A stretch of DNA of 63,297 nucleotides, counting the filler, from Chiloscyllium plagiosum (Eukaryota): NCBI RefSeq assembly GCF_004010195.1. It is 4 parts of one record of this genome, joined end to end, with 100 filler letters (N's around TTAATTAATTAA, not from the genome) between each part and the next. Parts side by side here need not be neighbours in the genome. Positions count along the whole stretch, not along the records: positions 37,186 to 59,393 come from NC_057715.1; 3 more parts are not named here. The stretch is one strand, 5' to 3'. Positions 47,976 through 59,493 of this stretch are shown in pieces. The stretch's first letter is position 1; each line of letters begins with the position of its first letter. The notes under the pieces are model-generated. The model had not been told where the DNA came from. It did no database searches and saw only the letters and a list, made by a program, of their open reading frames with translations. A program made the position numbers and the translations under genes.

Positions 47976-48260
47976 TGTTTATTGAGGTTAGAGCCACTGG
48001 GCAGTAATCATTAAGTCATTAAAGCATGGCTTTCTCACTTACAATGTTGATGTTAGTCTTCTTGAAGCAGGTTGGGACTTCAGCTTGTGGGAGGGAAAGT
48101 CTGAAATTTTATGTGAATACCTCTGCCAGTTGGTCCTCACAGGATCTGAGTGCTCAACCGGGAACACTATCCAAGCCCGGATCTTTCCTTGATTTGACCT
48201 GCAGGAAGAGTGATCATGCCTGCAGCGGTGACAACACGCACAGGTACATCCGAGGCTGTC
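47976..48260 (-). mobile_element. Rex1/Babar-type LINE RT fragment (upstream part, split off by the CR1 insertion)
   Basis: PGLDSVPG.ALRSCEDQLAEVF...VPTCFKK...LNDYCPVALTSI. Confidence 0.8.
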
Positions 48261-48599
48261 GGGGCAGATTTCACACTTGGCAGTCACACAGTCATTCATC
48301 AAAGACATCCGCTCGCCGACCTCCCTCCATCGTCATCAATACACAGTGACATGGTTGGTGTGAGCACAACTCAGTTCGTGTTGAGACAGAGTGACATTAA
48401 TAGACTGGGATTCTGCACCATAATGAAGTAAACTCACAATAAAAGTGGGTATGGTGTGCTTCTACTGAGAGTCAGTGTTGCAGGGAGTGAAGCCTTTACA
48501 GGTGTAATTCAAGTCAAGACACTGCTTCAACCTGAATGGAGTCAAGCATCTTGAGTGTTGTGCCTTGTAGATGGTGGACGGTCCTAAGGGAGCCAGGAA

Positions 48600-49260
48600 G
48601 TGTAATATATATGAACAAACTGAACAAAGGATTTGACGGCTTTTTTGCTAAGTTTGCAGATGGTATTGAGGAAGTGGGGAAGCTGCAGAAAGGCTTGAAC
48701 AGTTTCGGACTATGGGAAAACACGTGGCTGAAGGAACACAATATGGGAACGCGTTGAGAATATGCACTTTGGTAGGCGGAATAGAGGAAACACTATGTTC
48801 TAATAAGATCTATTAAATCTGAAGCACAAAAGGATTTTGAAGCAACTCGTCCTCTCTTATGGTTAACGTGCATGTTCAATTGGCAGTTAGGAAAGCAAAA
48901 GCAAAGTTTGCATTCATTTCAAGACGGGAGACATACTGCTGAGAATGTAATGGGCTATGGACAGACGGCATTTGGCCACTTGTGAGCTGTTTTGGACACT
49001 ATCTCTGGAGAAAGATTTACTGGTGTTGGAGGTGATCCGTCTTGGGAATGACGGCTTGTCATATGAGCAGCAGTGTGTACTCCATGGAATTTAGAAGAAT
49101 TATGGGGGGTTGGGTGGTCTGATTGAAACTAATGGATTCCTGCAAAGATTGATACAGTCAGTATGTAGAAGATATTTCCACTTTTCAGAGAGACAATGAC
49201 AACATGGCACAATATCAGAGTGAAGTAATGGGCTGAATGGCCTAAATCTATTGCTATATC
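48600..49260 (+). mobile_element. Highly decayed CR1 RT / 3' fragment
   Basis: FAKFADG...KLQKGLNSFGLW and a decayed C-terminal region. Confidence 0.65.
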
Positions 49261-49714
49261 TCATGCCGTTTCGGTCATAGGGTCTATTATTTAGTATAGA
49301 CTTGTAAGTCTCTGACCTCCTTTTGTAACCCTTGTATTTGTATGTTGATCTGACTTCACGTTCTGGTCAATGTTAACCCCTGTGATATGGACGGTGGGAG
49401 GATTCAGTGTCAGCCAGGAGTCCATTAATATTTTGAATATGAGTTGCTATTAGGGAGTACATTTTCTCTACGATGATTGTCATTTTCTGTCTGGTATTTT
49501 CGAAGGATTGATCCTGTTACGCCAGTATTGTTGATTTAAACAAAACAGGTGCAATTTAACACAGCATTCAGCAATAATATGTCATCGAATACTGAACACC
49601 CTTTAATAACAGAAAAGTCTAAAATGTTCACTATTAGAAACACTGCTTTCCTGTTCGTGTTCAAATCAGATAACCTGTCCCATCGAGATGGTCAACTTGG
49701 ACCTAATTTTTAAA

Positions 49715-52700
49715 AAGTTTTTTATTGGATGTGGGCATCGCTGGATGTGCCCAGCATTTCTTGCCCGTCCACAGTTGCCCTTGAGAAGGTGGTGCTGAGC
49801 TGCCTTCTCGATCTGCTGCAATCTACCTGTTGTGCGGTGACCCACTAGTGATTAAAGAGGGAATTCCAGGGTTTTCAAGCAGCAAGAGTGAAGGAACGGC
49901 AATGCATTTCCAAATCAGGATGTTGACTCGTTTGGAGGGGAATTTGAAGTTGGTGCAGCTTTCAAAAGTCTACTGCCCTTGTCATTCCAGATTGAAGTGT
50001 TCGTGAGATTGGAAGGAGCTGTCTGAGGATATTTGGGGAATTCCTCCATTGTGTCTTGTAGCTAGTGCACACTGCTGCTCCTGGGTGACTATGGTGAAGG
50101 GAGTGAATGTTTGTGGATGTGGTGCAAATCCAATGGGCTGTTTTATCCTGGATTGCGTCAAGCTTCTTTAGTGTTGTTGGGGCTGCACCCATTCAGGCAA
50201 GTGAGGATGTTCCATCTCATTCCTGACTTCTGCTTTGTCGATGATGGACAGGTTTTGGGGAGTTAGGAGGTGAGTTTCTCCTGTGGTATTCCTCGCCTCT
50301 GATCTGCTGTTATATTCATGTGGCGAGTCCAATTGAGTTTCTGGTCAATGATACGCCCCTCAGGATATTGATAGTGGGGGAATTAAGTGATGATAATGCT
50401 GCTGAATAGAAAGTGGTTATTATGTTTCTTGTTGATGACAGTCATTGTCTGAATTTATGTGGCGCAAATGTTACTTGCCACTTGCCAGCCCAAGCCTGGG
50501 TATTGCCCAGATATTGTTGCATTGGGCATGGACTGCTTCAGTACCTGAGCATTTGCGAATAGCGCTGAACATTGTGCAGTCATCATCGAATATCCCCACT
50601 TCTGACCTAATGATGGAAGGAAAGTTATTGTTGAAGCAGCTAAAGGTGTTTGGACCTCGGACATTATCCGAAGGGACTACAACAGAGATGTTCTGGACCT
50701 GAGATGACTGACCTCCAACAAAAATGACCATCTACCTATCTGTCAATGTATGACTCCAATAATGTAGTATTGGCCCGTGATACCGTTTTTGCTTGGGGTC
50801 CTTGATGTCACATTTGGCAGAATGCAGCCTTAATGTCAAGGGTTGGAATTCAGTTCCTTTTTCTATGTTTGGACCAAGGCTGTGATGAGGTCAGGACCTG
50901 AGTGACACTGGTGGAACACCAAATTGGGCGTCCCTGAGCAGGTGCTGCTTGATAACACTGTTCATGACACCTTCCATCACTTTACTGATGATGGAGAGTA
51001 GACTGATAAGGCAGTATTTGGACGGGTCGAATTTGTCCTGCGTTTTATGTACAGAACATACTTGAGCAGTTTTTCCCCATTGTCGGTTTGTAAACATACT
51101 AGAACAGCTTGGCTTGGGCAGCGGGAAATTCTGGAGTACATGTCTTCAGGACTATCGCCGGCATGTTATCAGGGCCCATAGCCGTTGCAGTATTCAGTGC
51201 CTTCAACCGTTTCTTGATATTAGTTAATCGAATTTGCTGAAGACTGCTATCTGTAATGATGGGGACCACCGGAGGAGGCCGAAATGGATCATCCACTCGA
51301 AACTTCTGACTGAAGATTGCAACGAAAGCGTCAGCTTTATATTTTGCACTGATGTGCTGGGCTCTTCCATCATTGAGGTTGTGGATATTTGTGGAGACTC
51401 CTACTCCGGTGGGTTGTTTAATGGTCCGCCACCATTCACGATCGGATTAGCAGCACTGCAGAGCTTAATTCTGATACATTGGTTGTGTGATGTCTAAGCT
51501 CTGTCTGCCCCTTGCTGTTTATGCTATCTGGCACACGCAAGAATTTCTGTTTGGAAACTTCAGCAGATAAACATTTTATCTTTATATATTCCTGGTTCTG
51601 CTCCTGGCATGCCCTCCTGCATTCTCCATTGAATCAGGGTTAATCCTCTGGTTTGATGTTAATGGTTTAGTGGGGGACATGCTGGGCCGTGACGTTACAG
51701 ATTGTGCTGGACTATTGTTCTGCTGCTATTTATGGTCCACTGTGTCTTATGGACGCTCAGTCTTGAGTTGCTTGATCTGCTAAACCTCTGTGCCATTTAA
51801 CATGGTGATAGTACCATACAACACAATAGAGTTTTTGGAGACAATAGACTTCGTCTCCACAAGGACAGTGTGGTGGTCACTTTTACCGATACTGTCATGG
51901 ACATATACATCTGCAGTTGGTAGATTGGTAAGGATGAGGTCAGGTATGCTTTTTAACCCTCTCGTTCATTCCGTCACCACATTCTGCAGACCCAATCTAG
52001 TAGCTATGTCCTTCGGAAACGACCAGCATGATCAGTAGTACTTCTGCCAAATCACTATTGATAGTCGACTTTGAAATCCCCCAGCCAGAATACACTTTGT
52101 GCCCTTGCCAAAAACAATGCTTTCTCCAAGTGTTATTTAACATGGAGGAGGACTGATTCAACTGAGGAAGGACGTTACGTGGCAGTCAGTAATAGACTCC
52201 TTTGTCCATGTTTAATTTGTGTTATTTCTGTAAGATATGATTCCGTGAGTATGGCTATTCAGGCTGTTGCTTAACTCGTCTGTAAGGCAGTTGTTCCAAT
52301 GTTGGCACTAGACCACAGGTGTTAGTAAGGAAGACTTTGTAGCTTCTATATTGATGTTTCGAATGTTGACTTTTCCGATGTCCATTTCAATGTCAGGTGG
52401 TCCATCCGATTTCATTTGTTTGACATTTTGTTGAGATTGGTACAACTGAATGACTCATTAGACCATTTCAGGTGGAAATTGAGAGTCAATGACGTTGCTT
52501 TGGGTCTGGAGTTGCATGTCAGCCAGACCAGGTGAGGATGAAAGATTCCTTCATTGCAGGATATTGGTGAACCAGATGGATTTTTCTGACAATCGACAAT
52601 GATTTCATTCTCATCAGTAGATTCTTAATTGCAGGGATATTTTTACATTATTGAATTGAATTTCCACCATCTGCAGTAGTGGGATTCAACCTGGATCCAT

Positions 52701-52750
52701 AGAACAGGAGCTGATTTTTCAGAATTGTTAGTCTATGGGTGATACCATAA
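49715..52750 (-). mobile_element. Decayed non-LTR retrotransposon (RTEX/CR1-L2 group; clade uncertain) with a SINE-like 5' end
   Basis: AMGPDNMPAIVLKTC, YCLISLLSIISKVME, FDDDCTMF (FADD-like) and GAAPTTLKKLDAIQDK...HSLHH, in order along the minus strand. Confidence 0.8.
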
Positions 52751-55700
52751 GACCTACTTGGAACCACATGTTGTACCCAACTGCCATTTCTTGTGTTACG
52801 TTGTTTTTCATTCATTGCTTATGTTATTCTGGAATCTCATCCTTCATAAAATCCTGATTGAAATACACAGTCATGAACGTCTTCTCGACTGCTCGGATTT
52901 CATTCAGTCTGTTTTGTTTTAACAGACGTTTCAAGGCAGCTGTACACCAGAGAAGAGCAGGAAAAGATAATGGGTGATCGTGCACTGTACCTGTCACCGG
53001 ACCAGCAGGTCTGTCCAGGAAGTATTTATTGTGGGTCAGAGAACCTCAATTATTATGGCATGGATGGAGGCAATTCAGCCCATTGTGGAGCCACAAGCTC
53101 TCCAACTGCACAATTGGAGATAGAGAGAGTGTGTGAAGAGAGATTGTGTGAGAGAGAAATAAACAGAGAGAAAGCAAGTCAAGGGAGATAAACTGAGAAT
53201 GTATAGAAAGCGGGGGAGCGACTGACTGAGTGCGAGAGGAAGAGGTGTTAGATGCGGGTGAAGTAAGATAGATCAGAAGACTGCATTACGGTAGATAAAT
53301 ATGGACAGACGGAAGTTAGAAGTTTTATTCAGAAATTCTTCCGGACGGTAAGCCCTTTGTCTGTGCGCCGTACACTGTGAGCACTGTGTTGATACTGCCT
53401 GCCATCCCAGATTATGTATTTCCAACAATATCACAGAGCTGGGTTACTGATAACTAAACAGAACCCATTAGGCCAATATGTTGGTTCCATGGAGAAAGCA
53501 GAGTTTTTAAATAGACTGTGCCAAGAGCAGCAGGAAATGATAACCACCACCCCGCCTCCACGACACCCGCCCCCTACCCCCCCCCCCCCCCCTCACCAAT
53601 ACTGTATGAGAGACTAGGTCAGAGAATCTCAGTGAGGGGACTCACTGACAGAGGTGAAATCACGATCTTAGCTGTGGGTCAAATAATGATTGCTAAAGTT
53701 TGCACGCCACTTTACTAGGTATGTAACTCACATTTCAATTTATATAGCTCAATATCAAGAGTGTATTTTAATAACCTTATCTCTTTGTACTTTTCATATA
53801 TTGGTGTGTGCAGAAAATCGTTTTGTTCCTGTATTTTATATTGCATAAACACATTTCATTAATATCGTCTCTGTTAATTCCTCATTGTAGATGTATTCTT
53901 GAATCTGTTCTTCATATGAGTTATACAGAGTAACATTCCAATTCTGGTAAATGGGGGACATCACTGTCCCTCCACCCAGTCTAATCAGCTATGTCCCCCA
54001 GTCCTCTCCGTCTTCTGTCTTTTCACCAATATCATAACCACAATGTAATTGAAGTCCATTAAATGACACTTCATGACAGTTCCTTAACATCAGATACATC
54101 AACAGCATGACCCACAGCTGCCCGCTCTGATCCTGGAATAACAATCTGAACTGTGTTTGTCACGTGCAATTCTCTGTTAACGTTTCCCTGCCGTTTGTTT
54201 GTTGTAACCCACGATTTCTTTTGGCACATTTTGCTATCAGATCATGGATGATAGATGTTTTCTCAATGTTTTATTGATTTTCCAATGACTGATCAGTAGT
54301 TACGGGTTTTATTGTTGCATTTATGAACAGAGAAGCATGTTTATGTTCCGTTAAACTTCGGGCATCACTTCTATATCGAAGGCTGACTGAATGATTACAC
54401 ACAATCAATCTGCCATCTTCAACATTCCTTCCTTCAGTCACACTCGCATATCACACCCAGAATGCATAAATGTTCAAAGTTATTTTGAATTTTAATGAAG
54501 TAGCATTGAATTCAAAGGGGTGAACTGGAGCTATTAGTTCAGCGATTGTATTTATGTCAATCACCATGGATCGTATGCATCCCTAGACAGTTTCTCTCTT
54601 CTATCAATTAGGAAATGCTTTCAGTGTTTTATCCCATAGTGTGAGCGGGAGCATGTCCAACAGCAGGAAGAGGGATTAGCAGCTTCAGAGAGAAGAGCAG
54701 GAGAGATGGGAATCTGGGAACATTAGACTGGAAAGTTCCAACAATGGATAGGAGTTTATCCAATGGTCTTTACTGGCTTTCCCAGCCTTGGATATCACTA
54801 GTATCGCGGATTGAAGATGTACTGCTGGTTATTCAAGCTGGTTAATATCCTAACCTTGCTATAGTTGGTGCTCCTGGTAAGTCACTCTCTCTGTTTAGTG
54901 AAATGGTCTGAACTGAATCGATGCTCATCATACGCAGATTTTGGAAAGGTTCAAGCCAACGTTTTCAGCTCCAATTAAAGATTCCATTCTTTAGCAATTA
55001 TAACTAGCAAACTAATATTTACAAATTACTCACCAATACGCGAGGGTAAAACACACTGTTCTCAAACTCTTTGATTCATTTTCTCCTGCAAAGCGTACAT
55101 CTCCACATCCTCCCCATATACCAATCCTGTCCAGTACCACTATTAAGACATCCTGGTCTCCTCCTCAGCCTCAGTTCATTTCCTGAATAAACCATCGTTT
55201 GTGCCTTTGTTAATTCCAGATACATCTGCTTCAAGTCCCTTCTAACCACGTGTCCTTTGCAAAATAATTGCATTTGAGATGTTTAACTTGTTCTCTGCAC
55301 AAAATCTGAAAGATGGGCAGACAGTGTATAGTGGGTCACGTCATGGCTGACCATGGCTGCACATATCCCGTGAGGGCAGCACAACAGGAAAGTTAGCTCC
55401 CTTCCTCTGCCTGCATCCCATATTCCAACGGCTCATCTCCATTCAGGTAGGTAGCCATTCACTGTTTTAGCTGCATTCTTTGTGATTGAGTCTCTGCCAA
55501 TTTGATGTCCATCTCCATGGGCACCTTTGGTACTGGCCTACAGATGTAAGGATGTTCTTAAATTCTACATCAGTGGAAGTGTATTGTAAATGAATTGTTT
55601 CCTGTGTCACACGAAAGACATGGAGCCAGCTAAGTGAGGGAAATGAATTATTGTGATCAAACCTGAGAGTGTTGTTGAGGCAGTATTTAGGGTATTGTGG

Positions 55701-56260
55701 ACAGATTTTCTTTCCTTTATATGGAGTGATCTCCTTATCACAGAGAGTGAAGAGGAGTTCCACCAGGTTAATCGCTGGAATAATGGCACCATGAGGAGTG
55801 AGTGAAGGTTGATCTGCAGCGCTGTGAGGGAATAAGACGTGATTGCATTGAACCCTGAGAGGGATGGACAATCACTCCTTATATTCTAAACAGACAATGT
55901 GATAAATTCCATGACTGCTATTTCACTCAGGATGCATGATTCNNNNNNNNNNNNNNNNNNNNNNNNNNNNNNNNNNNNNNNNNNNNNNNNNNNNNNNNNN
56001 NNNNNNNNNNNNNNNNNNNNNNNNNNNNNNNNNNNNNNNNNNNNNNNNNNNNNNNNNNNNNNNNNNNNNNNNNNNNNNNNNNNNNNNNNNNNNNNNNNNN
56101 NNNNNNNNNNNNNNNNNNNNNNNNNNNNNNNNNNNNNNNNNNNNNNNNNNNNNNNNNNNNNNNNNNNNNNNNNNNNNNNNNNNNNNNNNNNNNNNNNNNN
56201 NNNNNNNNNNNNNNNNNNNNNNNNNNNNNNNNNNNNNNNNNNNNNNNNNNNNNNNNNNNN

Positions 56261-56783
56261 ATTCTAATCCAATGGAAACATCTTATCAACATCCACTCTC
56301 TCCAAGTCATTCAGTATCCTGTCTATTTCAATTATATTCCCTATCATCCTTTTAAACTTGATCAAGTATAGACCCAGAGTACTCAAACATTCCTCATGCA
56401 ATAAGCTTTTCATTCCTATGACCATTCTCGTGAAAATCTTCTGAACACATTCCAGGACCAGTACATCCTTCCTGAGGTATGTTGCTCAAAAATGAGCACA
56501 ATACTCAAAATGTTGTCTGACCAGAGCCGTATACATTCAGTTCTTATATTCAATTCTTCTCGTAGTAAATGCTCCCAATCATAATTGCAATTGCCCTCCT
56601 AACTACTGCCTCAACCTGCAAGCTGACCTTGAGAGAACCCTGCACTAGAACTCCCAAATCCCTTTGCACTTCAGATTTCTGAATTTTCTCGCCATTTAGA
56701 AAATAGACCATGCCTCTATTCTTCGTGCCAAAGTGCATGACCTCACACTTTCCAACATTTGAATGCATCTGACGATCTCTTTA
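56261..56783 (-). mobile_element. CR1 RT fragment
   Basis: ORF 56550..56768: NVGKCEVMHFG...QRDLGVLV. Confidence 0.85.
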
Positions 56784-57283
56784 NNNNNNNNNNNNNNNNN
56801 NNNNNNNNNNNNNNNNNNNNNNNNNNNNNNNNNNNNNNNNNNNNNNNNNNNNNNNNNNNNNNNNNNNNNNNNNNNNNNNNNNNNNNNNNNNNNNNNNNNN
56901 NNNNNNNNNNNNNNNNNNNNNNNNNNNNNNNNNNNNNNNNNNNNNNNNNNNNNNNNNNNNNNNNNNNNNNNNNNNNNNNNNNNNNNNNNNNNNNNNNNNN
57001 NNNNNNNNNNNNNNNNNNNNNNNNNNNNNNNNNNNNNNNNNNNNNNNNNNNNNNNNNNNNNNNNNNNNNNNNNNNNNNNNNNNNNNNNNNNNNNNNNNNN
57101 NNNNNNNNNNNNNNNNNNNNNNNNNNNNNNNNNNNNNNNNNNNNNNNNNNNNNNNNNNNNNNNNNNNNNNNNNNNNNNNNNNNNNNNNNNNNNNNNNNNN
57201 NNNNNNNNNNNNNNNNNNNNNNNNNNNNNNNNNNNNNNNNNNNNNNNNNNNNNNNNNNNNNNNNNNNNNNNNNNNNNNNNNNN

Positions 57284-57666
57284 ACCACATTGCTGTGGGT
57301 CTGGAGTCACATGTAGGCCAGACCAGGTAAGGATGGCAACTTCCTTCCTTAAAGGGAATGAGTGAAACCAGATGGGTTTTTACAACAATTGACAATGGGT
57401 TCATGGTCATTGTTAGACCCTTGATTCCAGATTCCTTTTGGTAATTGAATTCAAGTTTCACCATAAGGTGGGGTCGGATTTGAAGCTAAGCCCCCAGTTT
57501 GCTATCCTGGCTGAATGGGTTAATCATTCCTGATGAAGGGCTTATGCCCAAAACATCGACTCTCCTGCTCCTTGGATGCTGCCTGACCTGCTGTGCTTTT
57601 CCAGCAACACACTTCTCATCTCGAGATTAATAGCGTAGTGATAATACCACTAGGCATCCACCTCCA
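57284..57666 (-). mobile_element. tRNA-like-headed SINE or LINE 5' end (matches 52490-52750), with a nested PLE terminus at 57525-57620
   Basis: Shared gggtctggagt..catgt..gccagaccaggt.aggatg...gaaccagatgg.ttttt...caat.gacaatg block; left end hidden by the gap. Confidence 0.7.
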
Positions 57667-57699
57667 CCCTGTGGCACAGTCAGTAGCAGCTCTGAACCA

Positions 57700-58172
57700 G
57701 AAGCTAGGGGAGACTTGATAGAAGATGGAAATGTGTTGCTGGAAAAGCGCAGCAGGTCAGGCAGCATCTAGGGAACAGGAGAATCGACGTTTCGGGCATT
57801 AGCCCTTCTTCAGGAAGGGCTTCATAGAAGTCTATACAATTATGGGAGTGTAAATAGGGTTCACGGTCAGAATCGTTTTCCCAGAGTTGAAATGCCTAAA
57901 ACTAGGGGGCATGCATTTTAAGGTGAGAGGGGAAAGTTCAAAGGAGATGTGAGGGGCTAGTTTTTTACACAGAGGGTGGTAAGAGTCTGGAACGCACTGC
58001 CAGGGGTGGGGGTGGAGGTAGATACGATAGGGGGGGTTTAAGGGGCTTTGAGATAAAAACGTGAGTATGCAAGGAATGAAGGGATATGGACCAAGGGCTG
58101 GTAGAAGGGATTAGTTTAATTTGGTGTCATGTTCAGCACTACGTTATGGGCCAAAGGGGCTATTCCTGTGCT
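57700..58172 (+). mobile_element. CR1 3' fragment with a short PLE unit inserted at about 57724-57818
   Basis: GDLIEVY...TRGHAFKV...FFTQRVV is split by the PLE; direct repeats cttgatagaag / cttcatagaag flank the insert. Confidence 0.85.
57786..57813 (-). ncRNA. Minimal type I hammerhead ribozyme motif (PLE-associated)
   Basis: CUGAAGA-A-GGGC-UAAU-GCCC-GAAA-C-GUC with all core positions intact. Confidence 0.75.
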
Positions 58173-58669
58173 GTACTGTTCGAGGTTCTATGAATCTCAC
58201 AATTGCTGGCCAAGGAAGGTGTGTTAATAATGTGGCTAAACAGGTTGGGTACCATAATCAGCCAATGAGAGGTGGTAAGGGCAGGAACGATTCTTGCTTG
58301 ACCTACAGTGAGGCCTGTGATCATACTGCCTCAGGCAACAGCCTGGCGATACGTTACGGCAGGAACCAGTGATCGAAGCAGACGTGAGCATGTGCTCTGT
58401 GTGCCTTAGGAGCAAGGAAAGAGACCGAAGAAAGCGAATAATATATGCTCAGGATAGGAGTCGCCTGAGGGAGATTCAGACTAATGGAGGATAGACACCC
58501 AAGTGTGAGAGACATGAATCACAACCAATCACAGCATTTATTGATTGGTCAGGAACATAAACTAGCTGAGTGATTGACACAGCTGGGAGTGGACTACAAC
58601 ACCGGAACACCTCACCCTGACGCTGCTTAACGCTGTCATCACTGCCAGTGGGACAGCGGCTGTAAGCAT

Positions 58670-59393
58670 TGTAACCGTACAGAGTCAGGGTTCATTCAGC
58701 AGGGTAAGGGTCACTCACTGTGTAACCGTACAGAGTCAGTGTTCATTCTGCAGGGTAAGGGACACTCACTGTGTAACCATACAGAGTCAGGGTTCATTCT
58801 GCAGGGTAAGGGTCACACGCTGTGTAACTGTACAGAGTCAGTGTTCATTCAGCAGGGTAAGGGTCACTCACTGTGTAACCGTACAGAGTCAGGGTTCATT
58901 CAGCAGGGTAAGGGTCACTCACTGTGTAACCGTACAGAGTCAGTGTTTATTCAGTAGGGTAAGGGTCACTCACTGTGTAACCGTACAGAGTCAGTGTTCA
59001 TTCTGCAGGGTAAGGGTCACTCGCTGTGTAACCGTACAGAGTCAGGGTTCATTCAGCACGGTAAGGGTCACTCACTGTGTAACCGTACAGAGTCAGGGTT
59101 TATTCAGCAGGGAAAGGGTCACTCGCTGTGTAACTGTACAGAGTCAGTGTTCATTCAGTAGGGTAAGGGTCACTCACTGTGTAACCGTACAGAGTCAGGG
59201 TTCATTCAGCAGGGTAAGGGTCACTTCAGGGTTTATCAGCAGGGTAAGGGTCACTCACTGTGTAACCGTACAGAGTCAGGGTTTATTCAGCAGGGTAAGG
59301 GTCACTCACTGTGTAACCGTACAGAGTCAGGGTTCATTCAGCAGGGTAAGGGTCACTCGCTGTGTAACCGTACAAAGTCAGTGTTTATTCAGC
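58670..59393. repeat. 51-bp minisatellite (tgtaaccgtacagagtcagggttcattcagcagggtaagggtcactcactg)
   Basis: About 14 tandem copies running into the linker gap. Confidence 0.97.
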
Positions 59394-59493
59394 NNNNNNN
59401 NNNNNNNNNNNNNNNNNNNNNNNNNNNNNNNNNNNNNTTAATTAATTAANNNNNNNNNNNNNNNNNNNNNNNNNNNNNNNNNNNNNNNNNNNN
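59394..59493. other. Artificial assembly linker (44 N + TTAATTAATTAA + 44 N)
   Basis: Same construct as 26185-26284. Confidence 0.95.

Noticed and set aside
9631..57464. Long ORFs containing runs of X
   Set aside because: They read through N gaps and are artefacts.
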